Part shown: positions 8,961 to 19,801 of the stretch, in pieces
Position numbering within the stretch: position 1 is the stretch's first letter
Layout of the letters: each line of letters starts with the position of its first letter
Notes under the pieces: model-generated
Database searches by the model: none
The model's input: the letters and a program-made list of their open reading frames with translations, nothing else
What the model was told of the DNA's origin: nothing
Position numbers and translations under genes: made by a program
Virus record (IMG/VR): IMGVR_UViG_2061766007_000665
DNA length: 20,000 nucleotides
Origin: an uncultured virus (IMG/VR IMGVR_UViG_2061766007_000665)
Taxonomy: Duplodnaviria > Heunggongvirae > Uroviricota > Caudoviricetes
Reading direction: 5' to 3' (one strand)

Positions 8961-9122
8961 AATACTAGGCTACAGAGATTTTTTTAGAAAAAACGTCATG
9001 GAGATAATATGAAGGAGAAGGCACTTATTTCTTATCCTTCGCTTAAAAAAGTAGTGTCAGGGAATTTTATTTCCTGTCATATAAAAGTCGAATGGCGACT
9101 ATAAAATNNNNNNNNNNAATTA

Positions 9123-9506
9123 ATGATTGTAGTTTCCAAAATGGAAAGAAAGAAACTTGAAGAAGTTGGGCTTCTTAGAAACAAGAGGACTGGATTGGAT
9201 CCCCAGGAAGCCAACTATGTAATAGCTAACAAGTTTCATAAATCCAGAACTAAGAAGTGCTACGTTACGGAGGAGCCTGACATACTACTATTTTTACAAA
9301 AGTATGATAAACTTAACCTCCAAAAGGTAAGACCAGACCAGATAAAGAAGCTTAAAGACATGGGACTTCTGCACGATAGCCAGATCCAGCTTCCTGGGGA
9401 ATATAAACCTGGTGCACTTGCTTTTCAGGATAATCATGGTCAATGGAGAATAAGAAAGAACGCGTCTCTTATGACCGCATTACAAATTTGGAAGAACAAA
9501 AATTAA
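9123..9506 (+). CDS. Hypothetical protein (127 aa)
   Basis: Clean ORF in the operon direction; RBS hidden by a gap. Confidence 0.75.
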   Translation: MIVVSKMERKKLEEVGLLRNKRTGLDPQEANYVIANKFHKSRTKKCYVTEEPDILLFLQKYDKLNLQKVRPDQIKKLKDMGLLHDSQIQLPGEYKPGALAFQDNHGQWRIRKNASLMTALQIWKNKN

Positions 9507-9536
9507 AGTAAAAAGTTTTTAAAGGAGTTAAAAATT

Positions 9537-9843
9537 ATGACTAAGATTGAATTTATTAACAAGGCTGCTGAAAGAGCTGAGCTGACCAAGAAGGATATGG
9601 CCGCTGCTCTTGCTGCTATTGAAGACACACTGCTNNNNNNNNNNGACGAAGTTAGACTTGGTATTGGCAAGTTCTATGGAAAGACGGCTCCTGCTCGTCC
9701 AGCTAGAATGGGTCGTAATCCGATTACCGGAGAAGCTCTTCAGATTGCCGCAGTTCCTGAAAAGCATGGTCAGCCTGCTGTCAAGTGGTCTAAANNNNNN
9801 NNNNNNNNNNNNNNNNNNNNNNNNNNNNNNNNNNNNNNNNNNN
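9537..9843 (+). CDS. HU-family DNA-binding protein (YonN-like position); stop probably lies in the gap
   Basis: MTKIEFINKAAERAELTKKD..., GKF, ARMGRNPITGE HU signature; AAAGGAG RBS. Confidence 0.92.
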
Positions 9844-9848
9844 AAAAG

Positions 9849-9882
9849 GTGCCCAGTTGAAATATACTGGGCACTATTTTTT
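9849..9882 (+). terminator. Rho-independent terminator after HU
   Basis: 9-bp stem GTGCCCAGT/ACTGGGCAC followed by TATTTTTT. Confidence 0.75.
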
Positions 9883-9899
9883 CAAATGGAGATATAGAT

Positions 9900-10849
9900 A
9901 TGACAAGACAAAGACTTGCCATGCATATACGTGATAGGCTTAAAGAGAAAAATATTGATCTTAGCGTAGACACTATCAAAGAAATAATTGCTATAGAGGA
10001 AGATGAAGTTTATATGGCTATTGCTGTTAATGACTTTGTCCAATATAGTTGGGGTAAAATTTATGGAATAGAAAAGCCTCCTATTAAGGTCGCTGGTAGA
10101 TTTAGACTAAACGATGCTGTCAGAGAAAATCATGGCTGGTCAGCTTGGAGGACTTCTGGTGTTCCAAAGGTAGAGTGGAGCAAAGCTGCGAAGATAGCAG
10201 AAAAAGAGCCCGCCGAAAAATATTTTGAGTTGCCCCCGCAAAGATACTGTTCTAAAGCTAGGGAATTTCGGAAAGACGCAGGCCTTCCTGAAATACCAGA
10301 ATTTAAAGACCTATCAGAAGAAAAAATAAAAGAAATTTGTGCTAAAACAGATCAAGCTATGCTTGATGCTCTTCCGCCTAAAGTGCGTAGAAATAAAATA
10401 NNNNNNNNNNNNNNNNNNNNNNNNNNNNNNNNNNNNNNNNNNNNNNNNNNNNNCATCCAACCAATCCAGATTATCATGGCCCTACTAGAGACGAAATTGA
10501 CTCATATATAAACATTCACATTAATGTTGATGGAATTAGTTTGCCAATGAAATTGGATGAAGTTAGAAATGCTATTGATTTTGCTGAAACTATTGGGCTA
10601 ATATCAAGCCATATGGATTTATATGATATGGAAAAAGATCTTGTAAAAAAAGTAAAAGAAAGTGGCCTTGATGAAATTATTCATATTAAGAAAGAGTATC
10701 AAGGAAGCGCCACTGCTAAATATAAGGGATCTGATGTTGTTTCTGCAAGGGAATCGTTAGAAGAAAATAGGCTAAGGGTGGAAAAGGCGCAGAGAGAAGT
10801 AAATAGAATTACAAAAAAATTAAAGCAAGGGAAGGTTAATGAAGTTTAA
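9900..10849 (+). CDS. Divergent HU/IHF-like domain protein with a long C-terminal extension (one gene split by a gap)
   Basis: N-terminus parallels the adjacent HU (WGKIYG vs IGKFYG; GVPKVEWSK vs GQPAVKWSK); after the gap HPTNPDYHGP... reads into ORF 10541-10849. Confidence 0.6.
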
Positions 10850-10936
10850 CCACTTTGGGGAACCCGGCGGATGAGATTTGAGAAAATTTGAGAAGGAAGT
10901 CAAGAGGTAGTACCCATTTTTTATAGGGAGGATATA

Positions 10937-12860
10937 ATGGCTGTCACATGGAACAATAACGTTCAAAATATATCATTAGAAAGCCTGTCCGTTGGCAGCG
11001 CTGAAGAATTCCGTAATAAGCTTAATAAAAACTTTGGACATGATGTTATTAACCCTACTACTGGAATCGAATCTGCAATTAATGATAGTTTAAATCCATC
11101 AGTAAATGAGATTCATGATGTCGTGTCTGCTATTGAAGGACGAGTTACAAACTCTGAGGGCAATATTAGCAACTTAACTACCAATTTAGCTAATCTTACA
11201 AATGGTTACAATAATTTAAATACACTAGTAACAAGCACATCTAATCCAGTTGGTATTAATGCTCGTCTTACCGCAGCAGAAACAACGCTTGGTAATGCAA
11301 ATAGCGGCCNNNNNNNNNNNNNNNNNNNNNNNNNNNNNNNNNNNNNNNNNNNTTTTGGGCGCTGGTGGAGTTAATGCAAGATTAAACAATTTGTCAAATA
11401 GCCATAATACATTATATTCTGGATTTAACAATTTATATAATAATGTATACAATGCTGGTGGGCTTAATTCTAGAGTTTCTAGCCTTGAAGCGACTGTTGG
11501 AAACGCAAATGCCGGTTTAGTCAATACTGTTACAAAATTAAATACTACTGTAACAGGTCTTGTTACAAATGTAAACAGTTTAACTAATACTACAACCAAC
11601 ATTCTTCCAGTATTAAACGATCTAGGTAATGATGTCACTAATTTAAAGACAAATGTTGGCATTCCTACTGACGCAGCAAATTCTACAGGTACTGCATTTG
11701 CAAGAATAGCTCAGTTACGTGCCGATATTGGAGTATATACTGGTGTGCCAAATATTAATACACGCCTTAATGCTCTTGAGGCCAATAGTGGGTCGGCTAG
11801 CGTTCTTGCTCCTAGAGTTTTAGATTTAGAGAGTTTTGTTCAATATAATAATGATATATTAAATGATAATGGATCTGTCGCTGCTAGACTTGGGGCACTT
11901 GATGGGTATGGAATATCTGGATATGCTGATTTGAATAAATGGGTTGGCTACACCGCTACATTAAATACTCAACAGGGAACTGTTGCTAGTAGATTATCAA
12001 ATCTTAATAACACTGTTGTTGCAGCATACGCGCAAGCAAACTCAGCTTATGATAAAGCTAATAGTGCATATAGTACTGCAGTTGCAGCGTATTCTCAGGC
12101 AAACAGTGCATACAACCAAGCAAACAGTGCATATACACAAGCTAATACTGCAAGGAATCATGCTAATAATGCTTATAATACAGCAAATGCTTCTTATACC
12201 AAGGCTAACTCAGCATACACTATAGGTGACGGCGCCGCTACAACAGCTGCTGCCGCTTATGCAAAAGCAAATAATGCGTATAATCACGCCAATAACGCGT
12301 ATAATGCAGCTAATTCGGCATATTCAAAAGCCAACAGCGCTTATGATCTTGGGTCTACAACCATACAGCCAGTGTTGAATAACGCATATAATCACGCCAA
12401 TAGTGCTTACACTATAGCTACTAGCGCATATGCACATGCCAATAATGCATATAATACTGCGAATAGCGCTTACACAAAAGCCAATGGGGCATATAATCAT
12501 GCCAATAATGCTTACAATACAGCAAATAGTGCATATAGCACAGCTAACAGTGCATATACACAAGCAAATACAGCAAGCACAACTGCTTCTACTGTAAATA
12601 CATGGGTTGGATATAATTCTACTATTTATGGAAGCAACGCAAACAATACAGTTCATAATAGATTAAGCAGAGTTGAAACAGCGATAGTTAATGCAAAGCT
12701 GCCATATATTTATAATTCGTCATTAACAACGCCAGTTGGGACGCTTAATGCAAAAGATTATTATGGCACTTTTGTTATAGATTCTAACAGACGACTTTGG
12801 TTCTCATCCAATAATAATGCTAATGCTAATTGGCAGCTTGTCGCATCTGTTTGGGGTTAA
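10937..12860 (+). CDS. Segmented coiled-coil fibre protein (virion fibre/whisker-like)
   Basis: GGGAGG RBS; two ORF pieces joined across gap 11310-11352; Asn/Ala/Thr-rich heptads; small C-terminal domain. Confidence 0.7.
12018..12590 (+). repeat. Tandem 21-nt / 7-aa repeat array (AN[S/N]AYxx)
   Basis: ANSAYDK ANSAYST ... ANNAYNH ANSAYTI, about two dozen degenerate units. Confidence 0.9.
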
Positions 12861-12883
12861 ACCATAGAGGAGGATAGTTTATT

Positions 12884-13672
12884 ATGCTAACAGCGGCACA
12901 AATAGTGGCATTAAAAACCGCTATAAAAGAGCTCATGCAAAAAAGGTCTTCTACTATTGGCGGTACTGGTTTATCTGATTATGGCACTAGCACATATGAC
13001 TTTTCAACTACCCCTACAAAAGACGGCGTCATAAAAACAGAGCATGGAAATAAAACGTTTGATTTGCTATATCATATTAATAGTATAGCTTCTTATGGTC
13101 AGACTTCGCTTATTTCACAAAGCAACATAATAGAGGATGTAGATCCTTCAATAATTACCTATGTAAATACATTAAAAAGCTACAACAACTCTACGTCATC
13201 GTCTGCCGCCCATGGTTGCAGAAATGCATGCACTGGTTTATGTCAGGGAAGCTGTTATGGAGAGTCTAAAGCTGGTACTTCTTATGGTAGCTATTGTGAT
13301 GGATGCACAGGTGGATGCGGAGGAGGGTGCGAAGGCTGCGGTGGTGACTGTACAGTTGTTTGTTCCGATGGATGCTATACTGGCTGTAGTAACGGATGTT
13401 ATTCATCAAGTAATACGAATTGCGGATATTGTACTACATCTTGCGCCGATAATTGCGGAAGCGCTTGTGCCAGAGCATGTTCTGGTGGATGTACAAATGG
13501 ATGCTCTAACGGTTGCCAAGGATGTGATGGATGCGGAGGTAGTAATTGTACCGGATATTGCGCTTCTACATGTAGCAGTTGTTCTACTGCATGCAAAGAT
13601 TCGTGTGGTGCAAATTGTACTGGATGCTCTGTATTATGTACCGGGACTTCGATTTCTACGGCAGAGTGGTAA
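12884..13672 (+). CDS. Cys-rich CXXX-repeat protein, putative radical SAM modification target
   Basis: Cys-free N-terminal ~110 aa, then 34 Cys mostly in Cxxx/Cxx spacing in a Gly/Ser/Thr-rich context; GGAGG RBS. Confidence 0.85.
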   Translation: MLTAAQIVALKTAIKELMQKRSSTIGGTGLSDYGTSTYDFSTTPTKDGVIKTEHGNKTFDLLYHINSIASYGQTSLISQSNIIEDVDPSIITYVNTLKSYNNSTSSSAAHGCRNACTGLCQGSCYGESKAGTSYGSYCDGCTGGCGGGCEGCGGDCTVVCSDGCYTGCSNGCYSSSNTNCGYCTTSCADNCGSACARACSGGCTNGCSNGCQGCDGCGGSNCTGYCASTCSSCSTACKDSCGANCTGCSVLCTGTSISTAEW

Positions 13673-13696
13673 TAAAGGTTAAGGAAAAGGTTTAAA

Positions 13697-13990
13697 ATGA
13701 CAAAGACTTTAAAAATAGATAGTGAGATAGTTATTGATCTTCAACGGCTTGCCGTTGCTGTTGAATCTAGAAGAGATCTTATCGCCTTTATGATTTCTAC
13801 AGATATGGATTTAACGTCTCCTAAATTTAAAGAATATGAAGAAGCTTACGAAAGTTATTATTTTCAATATTCTACATTAAAAAAAGAATTAGAAAATAAT
13901 ATTATAGCGCCAGCTTTTGGTAAAGAAAATTTGATTAAGTGGAATTTAGACTTTAATACAGAAATAGTAACTGTTGAATTAAAAGAATGA
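13697..13990 (+). CDS. CXXX-repeat modification system small partner protein (putative)
   Basis: 97 aa, acidic and helical, ending WNLDFNTEIVTV; between target and rSAM; ATGA overlap with the rSAM start. Confidence 0.7.
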   Translation: MTKTLKIDSEIVIDLQRLAVAVESRRDLIAFMISTDMDLTSPKFKEYEEAYESYYFQYSTLKKELENNIIAPAFGKENLIKWNLDFNTEIVTVELKE

Positions 13991-15297
13991 TTACAGAAGA
14001 ATTAAGACACATCCCTCAATATCAGGATGTCATTTCTAAATTATATCAGGATATGTCTCCTAGTAATGAGCTGTTAACAAAAACAGTTACTTTTCAGGTA
14101 ACTGACGCGTGTAATCTTGCATGTACATATTGTTATCAGATTAGTAAACATAACAATGTAATGCCTTTTGAGGTTGCCAAAGAATTCATTGAAATGCTTC
14201 TTGAAAAAAATAATGACAATACAAAGCAGTATATAGATACTTGGAATAGCAAGGCAGTCATTATTGAATTTATTGGCGGAGAGCCTTTTCTTCAAATAGA
14301 TTTAATTGATCAAATATCAGACTATTTTGTAAAAAGAATGATTGAAACAGATCATCCATGGCAATATAATCATAAATTTTCTATTTGTTCTAATGGTGTT
14401 TTATATTTTGATCCGAAAGTACAGGCGTATATAAGAAAGCATAGACACAATTTATCGTTTTCAATTTCTATTGATGGTAATAAAAAGCTTCATGATTCTT
14501 GCAGAATTTTTCCTGATGGAAGCGGAAGCTATGATATAGCCATTGCTGGCGTAAAGCATTATATGAATGTTTTTGGAGGAAGAATGGGGTCTAAGATGAC
14601 CATTGCTCCCGGGAATGTTAATTATGTTGCTGAGGCCGTTGAGTCTTTAATAGAAACTGGATATGAGGATATTAACCTTAATTGTGTATATGAAGAAGGA
14701 TGGACAATTGAGCACGCAAAAATTTTTTATGATCAGCTAAAAAGACTGGCAGATTATATTGTTGATAATGACTTATTTGAAAAAGTGTTTATATCTATAT
14801 TTTCAAATACGTTTTTTAAGCCTAAAGATATAAGTGATGAAGATACTTGGTGTGGCGGAAACGGAAAGATGATTTCAGTAGACTATAAGGGAGATATCTA
14901 TCCTTGTATTCGTTATATGGAATCTTCTTTAGGAAACGACCAACCGCCACTAATTGTAGGTAATGTATACGATGGTATTCTTTCTAAACCTAATTGGTGC
15001 GAATGTTTTAATTGTTTAAAATGCACCACAAGAATATCTGAATCACCACAAGAGTGCTTAAACTGTCCTATTGCTGATGGGTGCTCTGATTGTCTTGCAT
15101 ATAATTATCAGCTTTATGGCTTGCCTATNNNNNNNNNNNNNNNNNNNNNNNNNNNTATGCATAAAGCTCGCTCTCTTGCTAACGCTTATTTTTGGAACAA
15201 AGGATATAAAAAGAAGGGCTCCAATGAAAGATTTAAAATTTGGTTACCAGATGAAGANNNNNNNNNNNNNNNNNNNNNNNNNNNNACCGAGCTGTAG
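13987..15297 (+). CDS. Radical SAM/SPASM peptide maturase, CXXX-repeat target family
   Basis: CNLACTYC (CxxxCxxC), FIGGEP, SISIDG, SPASM cysteines CGG...GDIYPC...CLNCPIADGCSDC; exact stop uncertain because of a gap. Confidence 0.9.
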   Translation: MITEELRHIPQYQDVISKLYQDMSPSNELLTKTVTFQVTDACNLACTYCYQISKHNNVMPFEVAKEFIEMLLEKNNDNTKQYIDTWNSKAVIIEFIGGEPFLQIDLIDQISDYFVKRMIETDHPWQYNHKFSICSNGVLYFDPKVQAYIRKHRHNLSFSISIDGNKKLHDSCRIFPDGSGSYDIAIAGVKHYMNVFGGRMGSKMTIAPGNVNYVAEAVESLIETGYEDINLNCVYEEGWTIEHAKIFYDQLKRLADYIVDNDLFEKVFISIFSNTFFKPKDISDEDTWCGGNGKMISVDYKGDIYPCIRYMESSLGNDQPPLIVGNVYDGILSKPNWCECFNCLKCTTRISESPQECLNCPIADGCSDCLAYNYQLYGLPXXXXXXXXXXMHKARSLANAYFWNKGYKKKGSNERFKIWLPDEXXXXXXXXXXTEL

Positions 15298-15334
15298 TAA
15301 AATTCGTAATTGGACCATTTAGGGGAGAAAAACA

Positions 15335-16319
15335 ATGGCCACATTATTAGATGCGGTAATTCCTTTTGACAGAATTGTCACTATGGGAATATGGAATAAC
15401 CAATCAACCTATTATACTCTTCAAACGGTTTATAATAAATTAGTAAGTCAATATCCTGGAAAAGAAATTTACATTTCCAACGGTGGATTCTTTTCCATGT
15501 CTAGTCCATGGTTTCCAGTGTTTGGTCTTAAGATAGATGGAAACGTTTATGCTAATGATTGGAGCCAGGGCGGCTGGATTGGATTTTCTAATGGTACGAT
15601 TGGATATGGATATATGGGGACTATTCCAAATCAGTGGAAAAACGCTGTTTCTGGATATCCTTCATTGTTAGAAAATGGTGCAAAGGCATCTAGTTTTTCT
15701 TATTGTATTGATAATACTAATAGAGGAAGAACTATGCTTGGATATAACAAAAAAGAGGTTATACTTTCTTGCGTTGGAGATGTATCAGGAAGCTCTGATC
15801 TTACATTAGATGAAGAGATAGTTCATATGCGTAATTTAGGAGCTCTGTTTGCTATTAATCTTGATGGCGGCGGATCTTCTCAGTGTAACTTTAATGGACA
15901 AATCATAACTTCTCCTAGAAGAGTTAATAATTTTATATATATAGTTGCAGAACCTGATAAATCAAAAGACGTGATAGCAGTTGATGGTTCTTGGGGGCCC
16001 GCCACATNNNNNNNNNNNNNNNNNNNNNNNNNNNNNTGGAATTATAAGTGGACAACCAGCTTGCAATAAGCAATATCTTCCAGCATGCTCAACTGCATCT
16101 TGGAGATTCTATAAAACTTCTAGCGGAAGTCAGTGCATTAGAAAATTACAAGAGCTTGTTGGCGCTAGTGTTGACGGGTATTGTGGGCCTGGAACCGTCA
16201 GAGCACTTCAGGCGTTTTTATTTAACAATGGGTTTGCTGCAGGTACCATTGATGGATATATGAATAAAACAACTGTAATGGCATGGCAAAAATATGTAAA
16301 CGCATATTTTAAAAAGTAA
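15335..16319 (+). CDS. Phosphodiester glycosidase (NAGPA-like) domain plus C-terminal peptidoglycan-binding repeats
   Basis: NGGFF, RGRTMLG and AINLDGGGSS motifs; VDGSWGPAT, VDGYCGPGTVRALQ and IDGYMNKTTVMAWQ repeats; joined across gap 16008-16036. Confidence 0.8.
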
Positions 16320-16349
16320 GAAATAATTAAAGGAAAGAGGTGAGGCCTG

Positions 16350-17897
16350 TTGGCTAAGCTTACTAAAAGTATGGTTGATCTTCAGGCCAANNNNNNNNNN
16401 NNNNNNNNNNNNNNNNNNNNNNNNNNNNNNNNNNNNNNNNNNNNNNNNNNNNNNNNNNNNNNNNNNNNNNNNNNNNNNNNNNNNNNNNNNNNNNNNNNNN
16501 NNNNNNNNNNNNNNNNNNNNNNNNNNNNNNNNNNNNNNNNNNNNNNNNNNNNNNNNNNNNNNNNNNNNNNNNNNNNNNNNNNNNNNNNNNNNNNNNNNNN
16601 NNNNNNNNNNNNNNNNNNNNNNNNNNNNNNNNNNNNNNNNNNNNNNNNNNNNNNNNNNNNNNNNNNNNNNNNNNNNNNNNNNNNNNNNNNNNNNNNNNNN
16701 NNNNNNNNNNNNNNNNNNNNNNNNNNNNNNNNNNNNNNNNNNNNNNNNNNNNNNNNNNNNNNNNNNNNNNNNNNNNNNNNNNNNNNNNNNNNNNNNNNNN
16801 NNNNAAATATTAGCTACATATTTTAATCGTTTTGTTCCATTATATAATAAGCACGTATGCTCATGCTGTGGTTCTGCTAAAGGCTTAGACAATTTTTATA
16901 TAGTATATAATGTCACCTGTGGGTCATTAGTAGACAAAAATGGCAGTTATCATATGACAATTTGCAAAGAGTGCTGCCAAAGACTTTTTGCATATTTATA
17001 TTCTCATGTGGCTGCTAAGAATGCAGAGCTTGCGATGCAGTATATGTGTTCATATACTAATTNNNNNNNNNNNNNNNNNNNNCTTTGAAGACTCAGATAG
17101 AAAGGGAACTTTAATTGGTGAATATATTAAACTCATTAATTCTGAAGTTCCCGGGTCTACTTTTATGGACAGCCCGTTTTTAAAAGATGAGCATTATAGT
17201 GCCATAATGAGAATTAGTGAAAAAGAGGACGATACTCCTCTTGACTGGAGCGCCGAAGATACTAAAAATAAAAAAGATGTAATTCGGCTTCTTGGCTACG
17301 ATCCTTTTACATATTGTGAAGATGACAACGACAGAAAAATACTATACGCAGATTTAATATCTATACTTGATGAAGATATACAGCAAGACTATGTTAAGCT
17401 GCAAAGTGCATTGACCATTGTTAAGTCTTTTACTAAAGTAAGAAAGCTTGATGAAAAACTTAATGAAATGGAAAAGAATGGAGAGTCACTCAACGAACAA
17501 AAAGCCGTTGCTGACCTAAAAGCAAAAGAGCTTAAGGCCATTAGTGACTTTAGTAGAGACTCTGGATTTGCTGAGCGCTTTAAGACAAAACAGTCTCAAG
17601 GTCAGACAAGTTTTACCGGAATCGTTAAAACCATGAATGAGAAGAAGTATGAAAATGAACTTATTAACAAGTATGATGTTCAAACTTCTAGCACAATACA
17701 GGCAGCTGCTGACGCTAGCTTNNNNNNNNNNNNNNNNAGAAGTTTATAAAATTTGTTCTGATCAATTAGAGGAACTTAGAAAACTTAGAAAAGATAATAA
17801 TAGACTTGAAGAGGACTTAAGAAAGACTAAATATCAGTTGGCCGAGCTTTCTTTAAAAGAAAAAGCTAGAGAAAACGGAGTTGACACCGATGCTTAA
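16350..17897 (+). CDS. YonG-like protein, putative terminase small subunit (split by gaps, including a 414-nt gap)
   Basis: GAGGTG RBS with TTG start; CSCCG...FY...ICKEC Zn motif; C-terminal coiled coil; overlaps the terminase start. Continuity across the large gap is not verifiable. Confidence 0.55.
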
Positions 17898-19782
17898 TGT
17901 AATCTTTAATGATTTTAATTATGAGATTCTGCCAAAGCAAAAGGAAACCTGGGACAAATATTGCCAAATCGTGCAGTGGGGAAGAAGGCATCCGACTAGG
18001 TTTTGTGAAGAATTTTTAAATGTTCAGCTTACTGATTATCAGAAATATATCTTTATGAATACTTGGAGTTCTAGAACAAGTGTGCTTCTTTGTAGTCGAG
18101 CTACTGGTAAAAGTTTTTTTAGTGCTCCTTTTATTATGTGTAGATCGTTGCTTATCCCTAATCACAAAACCTTTATATTAAGTGTATCTGGTGGTCAGGC
18201 ATCAAGCACATTCAGTAAATTAGAAGACTTAGCATATAATAATATTGCGTCTGTTATAGGCGTGTCTAGTGTTTTTTTAGAAAATGTCGTTAGACCAAAT
18301 ACAAAAACCTCTGGTTTTACTCATGGAAAAGATGGCATGCATGTCGAGTTATTTAATGGAAGTGAAGTAACTAGTCTAAACTCAGTTCCGGATAATTTGA
18401 GAGGTTCTCGTTCGAATCTTAACGTCTATGATGAGGCTGCTTTTATACCAAAAGAGTTATTTACAGCCACACTACCTTTTACTGCCGTAGATGCAGATTT
18501 TAGAACATCAAAAGATCTTAACGCAGAACTATTCCCAAGACAAATACCGAATTTAAATTTATTCCTTAGTTCTGCTAGTGATATTAGCTCTGAAATGTAT
18601 GCTCAGTATAAAGAAGCTTTTCGTCAAATGATGATGGGCAACACAGATTATTTTGTTGCTGATCTTGATTATCATTTGTCTGTAGCCCCCTATATGAATG
18701 GAAAGCCAATGAAGCCTCTTGTTTCTATGGAAGAAGTTGAGCGTATGTATAAAACTCAGCCATATAAAGCGGAACGTGAGTTTGGTAATAAGTGGTCTGG
18801 AGATCAAGGAGAGAACGTTCTTGTAAAACGTACCACTCTTGAAAGATGTTCTAAAGCATACTACCCAGATTTTAAAAACGATGGAAGTAAAAAATATATA
18901 ATTTCATATGACCCTTCTTCTAGACAAGATAATTCCGTTGTGTTGGTTGCAGAGCTTGTTAGAGATCCAGATAAAGGGCTTACACTCAAGCTTAATTATA
19001 TGAANNNNNNNNNNNNNNNNNNNNNNNTTGGAATTATTCAAAAACCAGAGCAAGTAGAAATACTTAAAGGGCTCATGCTTGATTTTAATGCTGGTTACGT
19101 AGATTATGATGGGTTAGATACAATTCAGATTGATGCAGGAGCAGGCGGAGGTGGCTTTGAAATCGGTCAATATCTCTTGACAGATTTCAAAGGTAAAGAC
19201 AATAAAAATCATCGAGGAATAATTGACCTTGATAACGAATATATGAAAATACGCGCCGATGNNNNNNNNNNNNNNNNNNNNNNNNNNNNNNNNNNNNNNN
19301 NNCCGCAAGTGCGATTAATCAAGGCTTAGTTATATTTCCCAAGTCTTTAAATATTAGAAATGAACTTGAATTTGAGGACACTTTGGCCGATGGAAGTATG
19401 ACCATAAGATATGAAAAGCCAAATCTTGAAGAGATGAATTCATTTATGCAATTTGACTTGGCAAAAGNNNNNNNNNNNNNNNNNNNNNNNNNNNNNNNNN
19501 NNNNNNNNNNNNNNNNNNNNNNNNNNNNNNNNNNNNNNNNACTCCCGAAGCTAAACAAAACGGCTTACACGATGACCGTGCTGACGTTATTGCTATGGCG
19601 TGTTATCGTTTAATGCAGCTAAGAGCTAATGAAGCTCTTGATATTGAAAAGCCACAAGAAGACTTTTCCAAAATATTTTCTACGGTTAAACAAGTAAAAN
19701 NNNNNNNNNNNNNNNNNNNNNNNNNNNNNNNNNNNNNNNNNCGTTTGAAGCACAAAGGGGCTATAATCCTTTTAAGAAATAA
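17890..19782 (+). CDS. terL: Terminase large subunit (SPbeta YonF-like)
   Basis: Walker A SRATGKS, Walker B LNVYDEA, nuclease ISYDPS and HDDRAD; fragments joined across gaps; probably ends ...GYNPFKK*. Confidence 0.9.
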
Positions 19783-19801
19783 TTACTAAAGGAGATAAAA
19801 A

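Noticed and set aside
12018..12590. Repeat array as CRISPR or DGR template
   Set aside because: In-frame 21-nt coding repeats with synonymous variation; no spacers, cas genes or reverse transcriptase in the window
13212..13682. Alternate-frame 156-aa Val/Ala-rich ORF over the Cys-rich gene
   Set aside because: Expected by-product of TGT/GGT/GGA repeat codons; no RBS
16218..16892. Long ORFs spanning the 414-nt gap
   Set aside because: Mostly N; no support
5074..19782. Apparent frameshifts or pseudogenes in the RNAP, Zn-ribbon, fibre, glycosidase, YonG-like and terminase genes
   Set aside because: Every frame change coincides with an N-run of estimated length; these are assembly artefacts, not programmed frameshifts, introns or decay
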